Shown in pieces: positions 19,537 through 28,297 of a DNA stretch of 64,000 nt (its first letter is position 1; every line of letters starts with the position of its first letter). Source of the stretch: Candidatus Obscuribacterales bacterium. Lineage in GTDB: Bacteria; Cyanobacteriota; Vampirovibrionia; Obscuribacterales; Obscuribacteraceae. The notes under the pieces are model-generated. The model worked only from the letters and a program-made list of their open reading frames with translations. It had not been told where the DNA came from and did not search any database. A program made the translations under genes and the position numbers. Location of the stretch: the NCBI GenBank assembly GCA_965228855.1, contig CBDDIJ010000002.1, positions 1,600,001 through 1,664,000 on the forward strand, written 5' to 3'.

Positions 19537-21738
19537 CTATCTATTTTTCGGTGCCGGCGTCGGGGTTACTTCCGGAATTGGTTGAGGTGTCGACGGTTGC
19601 GCGACTAGTGCGGTTTTCAACTCTTTGATGAACGGCTGTGTATTAGTCCGCAGGCTGGAAAATCGCTGATCCATTGTCTGTAAAGCTCGATCGATCGCGG
19701 GTTGTGGTGCGCCGCCGTCTTTAAGTGCCTTTTGCAGATTTGCTCTCATTTGCGTTTGGAGCTTGCCGACTGCCGTATCTGGTTCTGCCAGCAGTTCCGG
19801 AATCAACTTACCGACTACGGCTCCAGGACGGCTCATCGAACTTACGCCTCCATCAGTGAAGTCGCCAATAAGTTTGTGCTTGGTCGCAAGCTCTAAAAGT
19901 TTATCGACGTTTTGCTCGGTGAACGTTTTCGCTAAACCTTGCTTTTCGGCTCGTTCGCGAGCCTGAGCGAGCACTCTGGCATTGACCTTGTGTTTCGCAG
20001 CAAGTGCAAGAAGTTGTGCATCGGTGACGTTCGACTTATCGGGGCGTTTGTCGCCAGGCTGCGCATCCCCTGGTTTGACCGACTCATCCGGTTTGACCGG
20101 CTGTGGGGCGTCAGATTTGGGCGGCTGGACGTCGCTTGAACCGGGCGTTCTTGTCTCATTGGGTCTAGGCTCAGGCGGTACGGGTTGAACTGCGTCATTC
20201 ACGATCTTTCCGCCAACCCTGGTTGAGATCGCGCCTTCGCTGGTAACGGTGACTCCTTCGTTGCCCGCGTTCAAGATTTCGAAGGCACCTGAATTTCCAT
20301 TACGCAGAACGCCGTTGAATTGAACCGCTTGTTGACCTGGTCTTTGCACTGCCCATGCCGCTCCGCCCTGAGGTCCACTGGTCAGATTCGTATCGGCGCC
20401 TTTTAAGATTAACGTGCCATCTGATCGTTTGAAACCTCTAAACTCGTTGTTTGTGTCGCGTAAAATCTCGATGGTTTGCTGATTACGGTACGCTATCTGT
20501 TTGGTCTGACCGTAATTATCTGCGGTTAGCCGAGTCCCATTTGCATAAACCGACGTCACTTCGCCACTCTGCAAATTGATGATCGCTCCCTGGGGAATCT
20601 CTCCAGCTGCGACTTTCGTTGCGTCCTGTGCGTCGTTGAACTGCACTACTCTTTGACCGGACTCAACTTTTTCTTGACCTTTCCGCCACTGCAAGTGACC
20701 TTTAGAGTCCTGAGTACCAGTCGAGTAAATCGTATCGGTAGCGCCGTTGTGGACGCGTGTCATCTTTCCCTGATTCCAATTTTCTACTTTGTACGCTGTT
20801 TTTTCAGCGGTAAATTCGACTTGAAACCCATTGGAGTTAGCATCGCGGATGGTGTATGCCGGTTTCGGCAACTCCCTAGAACCGGGCTTTGCAGGCTGTG
20901 CCTGGAACGTTACTCTGGTGATACCAGTTGCGACCGTTTCCTTCTGCCCTGGGAGCCATTCGTAGCCGCTCCAGTAGGTCGTATTCTTCTGACCATTGAT
21001 GGACTCTCGTTCACGAGAATACTCTCTCATGTTGAAGAAGTCTTTGTCGCCATTCAAGCGCAGAATGTTTTTGGTCTGTTTGTCTGCGGATTCGTAGCTG
21101 AAATCGCCTTTCCCGTTGACTTTAAAGTCGCCCGAGATCGTTCCATCTTTGATTTGCAGATGCTTAAATCCTGGAACCGATTGTCCGACTGGCTTCGAAG
21201 TCCAGCCACTGTCGCCTTTCTCGAAGATCGAGTAATTTGACTCTGCCCTGTCCTGTCCGGGCGCGAGGAAGTGCATTTTTGAGAGGTTACCGCTGGCGTC
21301 TCTCTCGAAAACCTGTTTCTGTCCGGTTCTGGATCCAGCCGTGAATTCCATGCCGAGTATCAGACCCGATCGCTCGTCGACGTACATTTTTCCAACTTCG
21401 CCGTTTTGATTGAATGGCTGAGGTCGTCCTTTGAACGTCGGAAAGTCGGTAGGTTTGTTTAAGCTATTGAACTTAGAATCAAACGGTCCTTCTTGATGCT
21501 CTGTTTGTCTTCGCGGCGGGAGGAGGTTGTACGCGTCGTCGAAAACGTGATCTGGAGAGAGTCCCGACTGATTGAACGGCTTCGGTGCTTCCGGTCTTTC
21601 TCCGAAGTCTCTTCGCGGTTGGGTTGTCGATCCAGGCTTTGCAGGCTGATCTGACGAGGACGAGAAAGTGTTGTAGGTTTGATCAAAGACGTTACCTTTA
21701 TCTGTAGTTGTGGGTGCAAAATTTGATTCGTAGCTCAT
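19537..21738 (-). CDS. Orphan protein (about 733 aa), paralog of the 1533-aa protein
   Basis: Shares blocks GMEFT.G.R.G, PGF, GDF..N.KGD...ESADK..K.I.R.NG..D...MREYSR.RE and a C-terminal helical domain; probable start MSYESNF at 21738. Confidence 0.88.
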   Translation of the reverse strand: MSYESNFAPTTTDKGNVFDQTYNTFSSSSDQPAKPGSTTQPRRDFGERPEAPKPFNQSGLSPDHVFDDAYNLLPPRRQTEHQEGPFDSKFNSLNKPTDFPTFKGRPQPFNQNGEVGKMYVDERSGLILGMEFTAGSRTGQKQVFERDASGNLSKMHFLAPGQDRAESNYSIFEKGDSGWTSKPVGQSVPGFKHLQIKDGTISGDFKVNGKGDFSYESADKQTKNILRLNGDKDFFNMREYSRERESINGQKNTTYWSGYEWLPGQKETVATGITRVTFQAQPAKPGSRELPKPAYTIRDANSNGFQVEFTAEKTAYKVENWNQGKMTRVHNGATDTIYSTGTQDSKGHLQWRKGQEKVESGQRVVQFNDAQDATKVAAGEIPQGAIINLQSGEVTSVYANGTRLTADNYGQTKQIAYRNQQTIEILRDTNNEFRGFKRSDGTLILKGADTNLTSGPQGGAAWAVQRPGQQAVQFNGVLRNGNSGAFEILNAGNEGVTVTSEGAISTRVGGKIVNDAVQPVPPEPRPNETRTPGSSDVQPPKSDAPQPVKPDESVKPGDAQPGDKRPDKSNVTDAQLLALAAKHKVNARVLAQARERAEKQGLAKTFTEQNVDKLLELATKHKLIGDFTDGGVSSMSRPGAVVGKLIPELLAEPDTAVGKLQTQMRANLQKALKDGGAPQPAIDRALQTMDQRFSSLRTNTQPFIKELKTALVAQPSTPQPIPEVTPTPAPKNR

Positions 21739-21930
21739 CGTGTGCAATCTCTTCGGGGAGGCCTGTGCCGCAGGCAATATCAGAATTAGGAGAGATTTGT
21801 CTCGAACACCAAGCAAGGTCCGAGGTGCAACGTTCCTTCAAACGGTTCTATACGGCGAATCGTTTTTTTTGACACACGAAATTTTTCCGACCGAAATAAA
21901 TCGATCTGCAAGCTGCTGTACTGTGACCTA

Positions 21931-23139
21931 TTATTTGATTGCGTTGATAGTTGATGCCACTTGAGAGTCTTTAGCGATCTTCTCAGCGAGAACTTGGAAG
22001 AACCGAGCTCCGCCTTTGGAATTCAGGTGTACGGAATCCTCGAAGTATTCTTTTGGAAAGTCTCTCGGCTCGTTTAAGTCGAGCATCTGGGCACTATATT
22101 TAGTGCACATAGTGTTGAGCGTTTCCATGTAGCGGCTATACAACCCTGGTGGCATAAGTGCGACGTTGTCTTCGGTCAGCGGCATGTTTACCAGGATTAC
22201 CTTAATGCCACGTTCTCTTCCAAGTTCAAGCAGCCTTTCCAGGTAGGAGACCTGCTCTTTGAATTGTTTTTCCTTAAAAGAGGAATAACGGTATCTGTAT
22301 TCCGGCAAGTTGTCTGTGTAGACAGCCCCCGACGCTGCCGGCGGGTGAACGACGACTTCGTTGGGACCACTGTCTTCAGGAAGTTCGAGAAAAGCCTGGC
22401 GACGAATTTCATACGTCGTATGCACTTCGTCTTCAATGTCTCTGTATCCAAGTTGTGCTAGAACGGCTCGGGTAGCCTTATGCTGCATGTACAGAAAATC
22501 GTTGCGATGTCCATACAGGAAACTCAACTTTTCTAAACCGTATTCAGCGACGCTCCAGAAGGAGTTGCGCGCGGACACCGCAACATCGGTGGGATCTTTG
22601 ATGCGGCTCATCAGACGGAAGATTTCAGTGCTTGCCGGGCTCTTCAACGCATTATCCATAAGGTCCCGGGGAGCGACGCCGTAAATAATCACTTTGGGTT
22701 GCTTCTCACCGCTCAACATCGCATTGGCGAGTACATACGCGTCGGACGCCATCTCTCCGCTGAGGGCAAAAGAGAAGGTTGTGAAATTCTTTCCTTGCGA
22801 GCTCTCCAGCAAATGCTCAAGCAGTTTACTTTTGTGATGTAGAGCGACTTTCTGCGACTTGTTCTCGTAAGTAGCATCGCCTCCATGCACTGCCGCCATC
22901 ATTAGAGATGAGCCCATAAGAGCGATATCTGGCGCTGTTTCAGTCTTTTTATAATCCCTAGCTGCCCACCAGACCGTGCTGCGATGCGCAGCCTCGTAGG
23001 GCGAAAGCGGCCATAATCCGATTTGATCTAAAACTCTGCAACCACCGTCCAGCGCGAGCAATGCAAGTGCAGCCCAAACCACATAGCTCGTTTTGAGCTT
23101 TTGAAGAAGTGAGTTTGCTTGTGGTTTGCTCTGGGGCAT
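21931..23139 (-). CDS. SGNH-like membrane-anchored protein (DltD/AlgJ/DUF1574-like), likely acyl-transfer partner of the MBOAT
   Basis: N-terminal TM anchor, LMGSSLM (Ser), VILVNMP, EDSVHLN (DxxH); start MPQSK at 23139 removes the overlap with the MBOAT gene. Confidence 0.8.
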   Translation of the reverse strand: MPQSKPQANSLLQKLKTSYVVWAALALLALDGGCRVLDQIGLWPLSPYEAAHRSTVWWAARDYKKTETAPDIALMGSSLMMAAVHGGDATYENKSQKVALHHKSKLLEHLLESSQGKNFTTFSFALSGEMASDAYVLANAMLSGEKQPKVIIYGVAPRDLMDNALKSPASTEIFRLMSRIKDPTDVAVSARNSFWSVAEYGLEKLSFLYGHRNDFLYMQHKATRAVLAQLGYRDIEDEVHTTYEIRRQAFLELPEDSGPNEVVVHPPAASGAVYTDNLPEYRYRYSSFKEKQFKEQVSYLERLLELGRERGIKVILVNMPLTEDNVALMPPGLYSRYMETLNTMCTKYSAQMLDLNEPRDFPKEYFEDSVHLNSKGGARFFQVLAEKIAKDSQVASTINAIK

Positions 23140-23177
23140 TTTGTATTGTGCTTTTGGGGAAGTGGGTTTGAACTGAA

Positions 23178-24626
23178 CTAGAATTGGAAGTAGATAAATC
23201 GCGGTGATTTGTCTGGAGAAAACTCCATTATCATTAAAGCAAGGGCAAGACACCAGGCAGCTTTGGCGAGTCTCGGAGAGCGTTTGACCAGGTCGGTAGT
23301 GTCCAACCATCCCATCACCAAATGCGATACCGCGAGAATTGGCAAGAGTAAAAATACAGATGGGTAAATGAGCGGATAGTTAACTGTCGGGAGAAACATT
23401 GCTAAGGACTGTGCGCCGGCTTGAACGGTTTCCAGCGTGAACATCTTCTTGAGTATTATTGTGGCTGATGTCATTGTTTCTGCTCGGAACAAGACCCAAC
23501 CTATCAACACGACGTGGAAAGTGAGAAGCGTGGAAACCACTCGCCCGGGAATCGAATCAATTGCGCTGGCAAGCCAGCTGACCGATTTCTTGACGCGTTG
23601 GAATTCACGATGAATGACGAGTGCAAGTCCGTGATAGACACCCCACACCAGAAAATGCATCGCCGCGCCATGCCAGAGTCCGCCCAGGGTCATCGTCAGC
23701 AGCAAATTTCTCGATGTAAGCAGCCGGCTGCACTTGGAACCACCAAGCGGAATGAAGAGATAGTCGCGCAGCCATGTCGATAAAGAGATGTGCCAACGAT
23801 GCCAGAATTCAGAGATGTTGCTTGCGAGATACGGCAAGTTGAAGTTGATGGGAACTTTATATCCGAAGAGCGCTGCGCTACCACGGGCGATATCAGTGTA
23901 TCCGGAGAAGTCGAAGTAGATTTGGAACGCGAAGGCGTAAGCGAAGACCCAGAGATCTAGACCGGAAAAGTGCTGAGGGTTTGCGAACCCGCCCTGCACG
24001 AAGAAGGTCAGATTGTCTGCGATCAAAACCTTCTTGAACAGACCGAGCAAAATCAGGGGTACCCCTTTGTCGATGTGCTCCATTGAGAATTTTGGTGGGT
24101 TTTCAAATTGCGGTACAAAATCTTGAAACCGTTTGATTGGGCCGGCAATCTGGGTCGGGAAGAAACTCGCAAATAGGGCAAATGCTGGAAACGATTTGAC
24201 CGGCGCCGAGCCGCGATAGACATCGACCGTGTAATGGATGAATTCGAAGACGAAAAACGAAATCGCTAATGGCAGCACGATATCGAATGGGATGTGAGGA
24301 ACTTCGAACAGTGGCTTGAAGATTGTTCTGGCGACGTCATCGAGAAAATAGGCGTATTTGAAGTATGCAAGTGTTGCCAGGTTGAGAACTGTCGCTCCGA
24401 TCAACCAAGCTTTCTTGTTGTCTTTCGATCGGTCGATTGCCAGACCTAAGAAGTAATTCGCGACGGTGAGCCCGACAATCAAAAAAATGAACACCGGCCG
24501 CCAGCTCATGTAAAAGAGATAGCTTGCCGCCAGTAGAATTGGAACTCTGAATTTCTGTGGGCTGAGCCAGTACAGCAGTACGACTAGCGGCAGAAAGAGA
24601 GCGTATTGCAGTGAATTGAAGAGCAT
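23178..24626 (-). CDS. MBOAT family O-acyltransferase (AlgI/DltB/PatA-like)
   Basis: MLFNS start, LPLAISFFVF, FFPTQIAGPI, QIYFDFSGYTDIA, FWHRWHISLSTWLRDY, GLWHGA, C-terminal FIYFQF. Confidence 0.95.
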   Translation of the reverse strand: MLFNSLQYALFLPLVVLLYWLSPQKFRVPILLAASYLFYMSWRPVFIFLIVGLTVANYFLGLAIDRSKDNKKAWLIGATVLNLATLAYFKYAYFLDDVARTIFKPLFEVPHIPFDIVLPLAISFFVFEFIHYTVDVYRGSAPVKSFPAFALFASFFPTQIAGPIKRFQDFVPQFENPPKFSMEHIDKGVPLILLGLFKKVLIADNLTFFVQGGFANPQHFSGLDLWVFAYAFAFQIYFDFSGYTDIARGSAALFGYKVPINFNLPYLASNISEFWHRWHISLSTWLRDYLFIPLGGSKCSRLLTSRNLLLTMTLGGLWHGAAMHFLVWGVYHGLALVIHREFQRVKKSVSWLASAIDSIPGRVVSTLLTFHVVLIGWVLFRAETMTSATIILKKMFTLETVQAGAQSLAMFLPTVNYPLIYPSVFLLLPILAVSHLVMGWLDTTDLVKRSPRLAKAAWCLALALMIMEFSPDKSPRFIYFQF

Positions 24627-24740
24627 TAAGGACTGCCGTTCCTCAGGTTTACCGTTGTCAATGATAACCAAGAGGACCTATATAGACCTTAAGCTGAGCA
24701 CATGACAAATCAACCGATTGGCGAAACCAAGAAACAACTC

Positions 24741-24787
24741 AAAAAAACAGAAATAAGCTCGACCCCGTGAGGGACAAGCTTATTTCT
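24741..24787 (-). terminator. Strong intrinsic terminator
   Basis: Perfect 11-bp stem AGAAATAAGCT/AGCTTATTTCT (24749-59 with 24777-87), an inner GC helix, then G and 7 T on the minus strand. Confidence 0.8.
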
Positions 24788-24855
24788 CGCTTCCAAGAGA
24801 GAGGGAGGAATGCGTAAATTCAGGTCAAAACAGCGGCTATCTCCGTTTAGCCGTC
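24741..24855 (-). ncRNA. Candidate small RNA or structured 3' UTR with a CU-rich anti-SD tract
   Basis: 5' hairpin CGGCTA/TAGCCG, unpaired ATTCCTCCCTCTCTCTT, then the terminator; CATAAT at 24856-24861. Confidence 0.35.
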
Positions 24856-25028
24856 ATTATGTTTGTAGTCACAGGTCTGTTGGAGGAGTCTTTCGACTGT
24901 TCGCTCTTTGAGTTTTCTCTAGAGCTGGCGCGTATCGGGTGGGATGAGGTCCTAACGCTTTGCGATGTTCTGAACAATTCAGTGGGTTGTTCTGAACGAT
25001 TTTCGTTCGAGTTTGTGGTTGTGTGTGG

Positions 25029-25292
25029 TTAATAACCTGCAAGAAGGGGATTAACAGCCATTTCGCGCCAGGCTTTGGAGATTGCGTCTCGCATAGCATC
25101 CGCGCATGTTAGAACTTTCGGCACGCCTACGGCTTCGCCGTCGATTCTGATCATAGGATCATCTTGGAGCCGGGTTCCCTCGACGAGCTCGATTGGGACT
25201 GGCAGTCGCTCTTCGGCGATTACCATTTCCAGTCGCTTCAAGACCTTTTGATAGTTGTTGCATCCTGGAGCGTAGATGAGTTCAACCCGCAT
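25029..25292 (-). CDS. Small thioredoxin-like protein (DUF2703-like)
   Basis: MRVELIYAPGCNNY...DPMIRIDGE resembles the Trx/glutaredoxin fold with a single Cys in the CxxC position; GAGGAGG SD. Confidence 0.75.
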   Translation of the reverse strand: MRVELIYAPGCNNYQKVLKRLEMVIAEERLPVPIELVEGTRLQDDPMIRIDGEAVGVPKVLTCADAMRDAISKAWREMAVNPLLAGY

Positions 25293-25423
25293 GCGTAAAC
25301 CTCCTCGGTCGCGTGTTTCACGCGACTGCTAAATGACCTAAGGGAGAGAGACATGGGTTCCTGGTGAACGCCCGGGCTGGGGTTCACGAAAATAAAGGGA
25401 TTCTAAAGGCACCACTTAACACA

Positions 25424-25451
25424 ACTATATACGCAAAATAGTTCCTTGCAA
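25424..25451 (-). promoter_or_regulatory. Candidate sigma70 promoter for the Trx-like gene
   Basis: TTGCAA-N16-TATAGT on the minus strand, implying a 5' UTR of about 125 nt. Confidence 0.4.
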
Positions 25452-25595
25452 TAGCAAAAGTCTCGCCCCAATCTTAACCTCTACTAATAGTTCCCGTAAG
25501 GCTTGCCCAGTGGAACTTCGGTCGACCATCGTCGTCAGATAAAATCGTCAGCCGCGGCATTTATCTTAAGCGGCTCACATCTTGAGGAGCTGGTT

Positions 25596-26402
25596 GTGAT
25601 CAAATCAGACTGTTCTCGATCTCTTCGACGTACCTGCGGTGCGTTTTGCGTTTTGCTTACAGTACAGACGGCCAGTCCGGAGCTAGCGCAGGCGTTTCCC
25701 GGCGACTCTCTCCTTCCAAAGGGCTTGCGATTCTCGCGCGACAAGGGCAAGGAGCAGCCGGATTCAGCCGCAACCAGTTCACTCTCCGGTTCCGGCGCAT
25801 CAAATGCTCAAGGTCGCTCGCCTTCCGCAATGCCGATTGAAACTGGCAGGGACGTAAGTCCTCAGGCTGTAAAGTCGCTGCAGCCCTACTTCAATGATAT
25901 CCCCAACTTACGATACGTCTCCGGGCGATTGCTTCGAGGCGGTCAGCCCTCCGACCAGGGGTTAGCGTTTCTCAAAGATATCGGCGTTAGAACCATCATC
26001 AATTTGCGAACGGAACCGGTTTTGATCGCGCGCGAGAAAATCGCTGCGGAGCGGCTTGGACTCAAGTATGTCGAGTTGCCGACCTATACGGTTCAGGAAC
26101 CGGACGCTAAGCAGTTTCAAACATTTCTGTCCGTTGCTACAAACCCTGCTGATGGACCTGTCTATGTGCATTGCTACCACGGTAGAGATCGCACTGGCAC
26201 CATGGTTGGTGCCTACCGAATTGCAGAAAACGGTTGGACTTTCGACGCCGCGTTTCAGGAAATGATGGCATGCGGCTTCCGTCCTGGTTTCGCACCGCTC
26301 ACGAACGGACTTCACAGGTTTGCTCAAGCTCGCGGCGACAAATCTCCACTTCCGACCAGCAGCTTCATCATGTCAGACCTGGCGAAACGTTTTCACAGAT
26401 AG
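25596..26402 (+). CDS. Secreted cysteine-based (tyrosine/dual-specificity) phosphatase
   Basis: LRGGQP, IINLR, P-loop VHCYHGRDRTG; signal-peptide-like N-terminus ending AQA; GTG 25596 after GAGGAG. Confidence 0.88.
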   Translation: MIKSDCSRSLRRTCGAFCVLLTVQTASPELAQAFPGDSLLPKGLRFSRDKGKEQPDSAATSSLSGSGASNAQGRSPSAMPIETGRDVSPQAVKSLQPYFNDIPNLRYVSGRLLRGGQPSDQGLAFLKDIGVRTIINLRTEPVLIAREKIAAERLGLKYVELPTYTVQEPDAKQFQTFLSVATNPADGPVYVHCYHGRDRTGTMVGAYRIAENGWTFDAAFQEMMACGFRPGFAPLTNGLHRFAQARGDKSPLPTSSFIMSDLAKRFHR

Positions 26403-26413
26403 ACCTACCGATA

Positions 26414-26755
26414 CTATTGCCCGGCTCCCTTATTCAGCTCGTCAATAAGGTATTCGACGCCCTCGCATGTAACCTGGTAGCCTGAATTTGTTTTCGTAAT
26501 CATGGCATTATCAACTAAATGCTCGATTGATTTTGTGCAGAGGCTGTCTTCCAGTTGGAGAATTTCAGCGAGGTACTCCGCGGGCAAGGACGCATCAATC
26601 TGCAGAACGGAGGAGTAATAGATAAGAAGCGTATCTCTGTGGGCCGGTGGCGTTTTTGATAGGTCAAGCTTTTCGAGTTTCCTTACTTTCCATTCCAATA
26701 GAACTTGAATTATTGCCAATCGTGATTCTATTTCTTCCCAGTTGACCATGACCAT
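26414..26755 (-). CDS. Hypothetical protein, possible winged-helix
   Basis: 113-aa ORF filling the gap; LAEIL...SIEHLVDNAMI...GYQVTCEGVEYL resembles a wHTH C-terminus. Confidence 0.6.
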   Translation of the reverse strand: MVMVNWEEIESRLAIIQVLLEWKVRKLEKLDLSKTPPAHRDTLLIYYSSVLQIDASLPAEYLAEILQLEDSLCTKSIEHLVDNAMITKTNSGYQVTCEGVEYLIDELNKGAGQ

Positions 26756-26847
26756 TTCCTCTGCCGCTTCTTTATTATCGGTGCGGTGTGAGGCAGGAGC
26801 AAGTCCGCGTCAAAGTCGGACTCGCTCCCACTCCCAAAAGACCGTGG

Positions 26848-28227
26848 TTAAGGTTTCAACCGGTTGATGTCGCGTGGAAACAGCGCTGTTTGCTTGATTG
26901 TGGGCAAGCCTAGAAGTTGTTTCGTTATGCGTTCCAATCCGATTGCCAGACCACCGTGCGGCGGCATGCCGTATTTGAAGCACTGCAAATACTCCGCGAA
27001 GTCCTCGGGATTCAGACCACGGCCGGCTATTGAGTTGCAGAGCTCTTCGTACTCGTGGATACGCTGCCCGCCTGTCGTCACCTCGAGTCCGCGGAACAAC
27101 AAGTCGAAGCCGCGGCTCATCTTCGGCGAATTGCCGTTCGAGAGCGGTTCCGTCAGTGGATGGGTGTAGAACGGTCGTGCTGCCAGTGGATAGTGTTTCA
27201 CGTACAGAAGTTCGCAACCGGTCTCTTTGCGGAAGTGTTCGCACAGTAATCGCTCGCCTTCTGGGTCCAGGTCGCTCTCTCCCTCCTGCTTCCAACCGAG
27301 TTTTGAAGACAAAAGTTTCAACGCTTCAGTCAGGCTGATTTGAGGAATCGTTTCAAACTCAGGAACTTCAGCTCCGTACATCGCCAACTCTTCTACACAA
27401 GTTTCTTGTACGTGTGCGAAAATATGGCGCAGCAAGCGGACCTGCATGTTGATGATGTCTTGCTCCGATTCGATAAATCCCATCTCGAAGTCGAGGCTTA
27501 TGTACTCGTTCAGGTGTCTCGAAGTGTCGTGTTCTTCAGCGCGATAAACTGCTGCTGTTTCGAACACGCGTTCATAAACGCCGACCATGATTTGCTTGTA
27601 GAACTGTGGACTCTGAGCGAGAAACGCGTTAGTTCCAAAATAGTCGAGTTTGAACAGCTGAGCACCGCCCTCGGTACCAGTCGCCACAATCTTTGGAGAA
27701 TGAATTTCAACAAAGTTTTCCTTCGTAAGAAACTCGCGGAACGCTTGTGTGATTGCCGCTTCGATTTTGAAGATTGCCTTCACCTTTGGGTTTCGAAGAG
27801 TGATCGGTCTATAGTCAAGCAGCGTTGAAAGACCGAGCGAATCCATTTTTTGTTCTTTCGATAGCTCGACCGGCGGAATTTCTTTGTTATGGGCAAGTCG
27901 TTTGAGAACCGTCGCTTGAATCTCGGAACCGCCTTCCTTGCGCCCCTGCGCAACGACTAATCCTTGAACACGCACAGGTGTTTCAAGAACTATTTCACGT
28001 GCAACTGCGACAAGCGATTCTTTTTCGACGACTACTTGGATAATTCCTGAGGCGTCGCGAACGTTCAAGAAATAGAGTTTTCCAAGGTCGCGCAGCGAGT
28101 GTACGTGCCCGGCGATATGCACGACATCACCGATTCGTCGCGTAGCTTCCTTGACGGAAATTCGCTCCTCCGTACACTCACATTCCTCACATTCACTTTC
28201 CGATTTGCTTTTCAATTCAGTACTCAT
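26848..28227 (-). CDS. aspS: Archaeal/eukaryote-type aspartyl-tRNA synthetase, probably non-discriminating (Asp/Asn)
   Basis: OB anticodon domain, EIHSPKI, AQSPQFYKQ, YRAEEHDTSRHLNEY, GGQRIH, GMPPHGGLAIGLER, LFPRD; about 460 aa, lacking the bacterial GAD insertion; GGAGG SD before ATG 28227. Confidence 0.93.
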   Translation of the reverse strand: MSTELKSKSESECEECECTEERISVKEATRRIGDVVHIAGHVHSLRDLGKLYFLNVRDASGIIQVVVEKESLVAVAREIVLETPVRVQGLVVAQGRKEGGSEIQATVLKRLAHNKEIPPVELSKEQKMDSLGLSTLLDYRPITLRNPKVKAIFKIEAAITQAFREFLTKENFVEIHSPKIVATGTEGGAQLFKLDYFGTNAFLAQSPQFYKQIMVGVYERVFETAAVYRAEEHDTSRHLNEYISLDFEMGFIESEQDIINMQVRLLRHIFAHVQETCVEELAMYGAEVPEFETIPQISLTEALKLLSSKLGWKQEGESDLDPEGERLLCEHFRKETGCELLYVKHYPLAARPFYTHPLTEPLSNGNSPKMSRGFDLLFRGLEVTTGGQRIHEYEELCNSIAGRGLNPEDFAEYLQCFKYGMPPHGGLAIGLERITKQLLGLPTIKQTALFPRDINRLKP

Positions 28228-28237
28228 AACGCCTCCA

Positions 28238-28268
28238 AACAAAAAACCGCAACTCTCAGAGTCGCGGT
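28238..28268 (-). terminator. Attenuator terminator upstream of aspS
   Basis: Minus strand CCGCGACTC-TGA-GAGTTGCGG-TTTTTTGTTT, ending immediately before the aspS SD. Confidence 0.85.
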
Positions 28269-28297
28269 CGTCGTATTTTTTGAGGTTGTTTACTTCG

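Noticed and set aside
26848..28227. Asparaginyl-tRNA synthetase call
   Set aside because: QSPQFYKQ, RHLNE and GGQRIH are AspRS-type motifs; AsnRS typically has SGQL and GGSQRE
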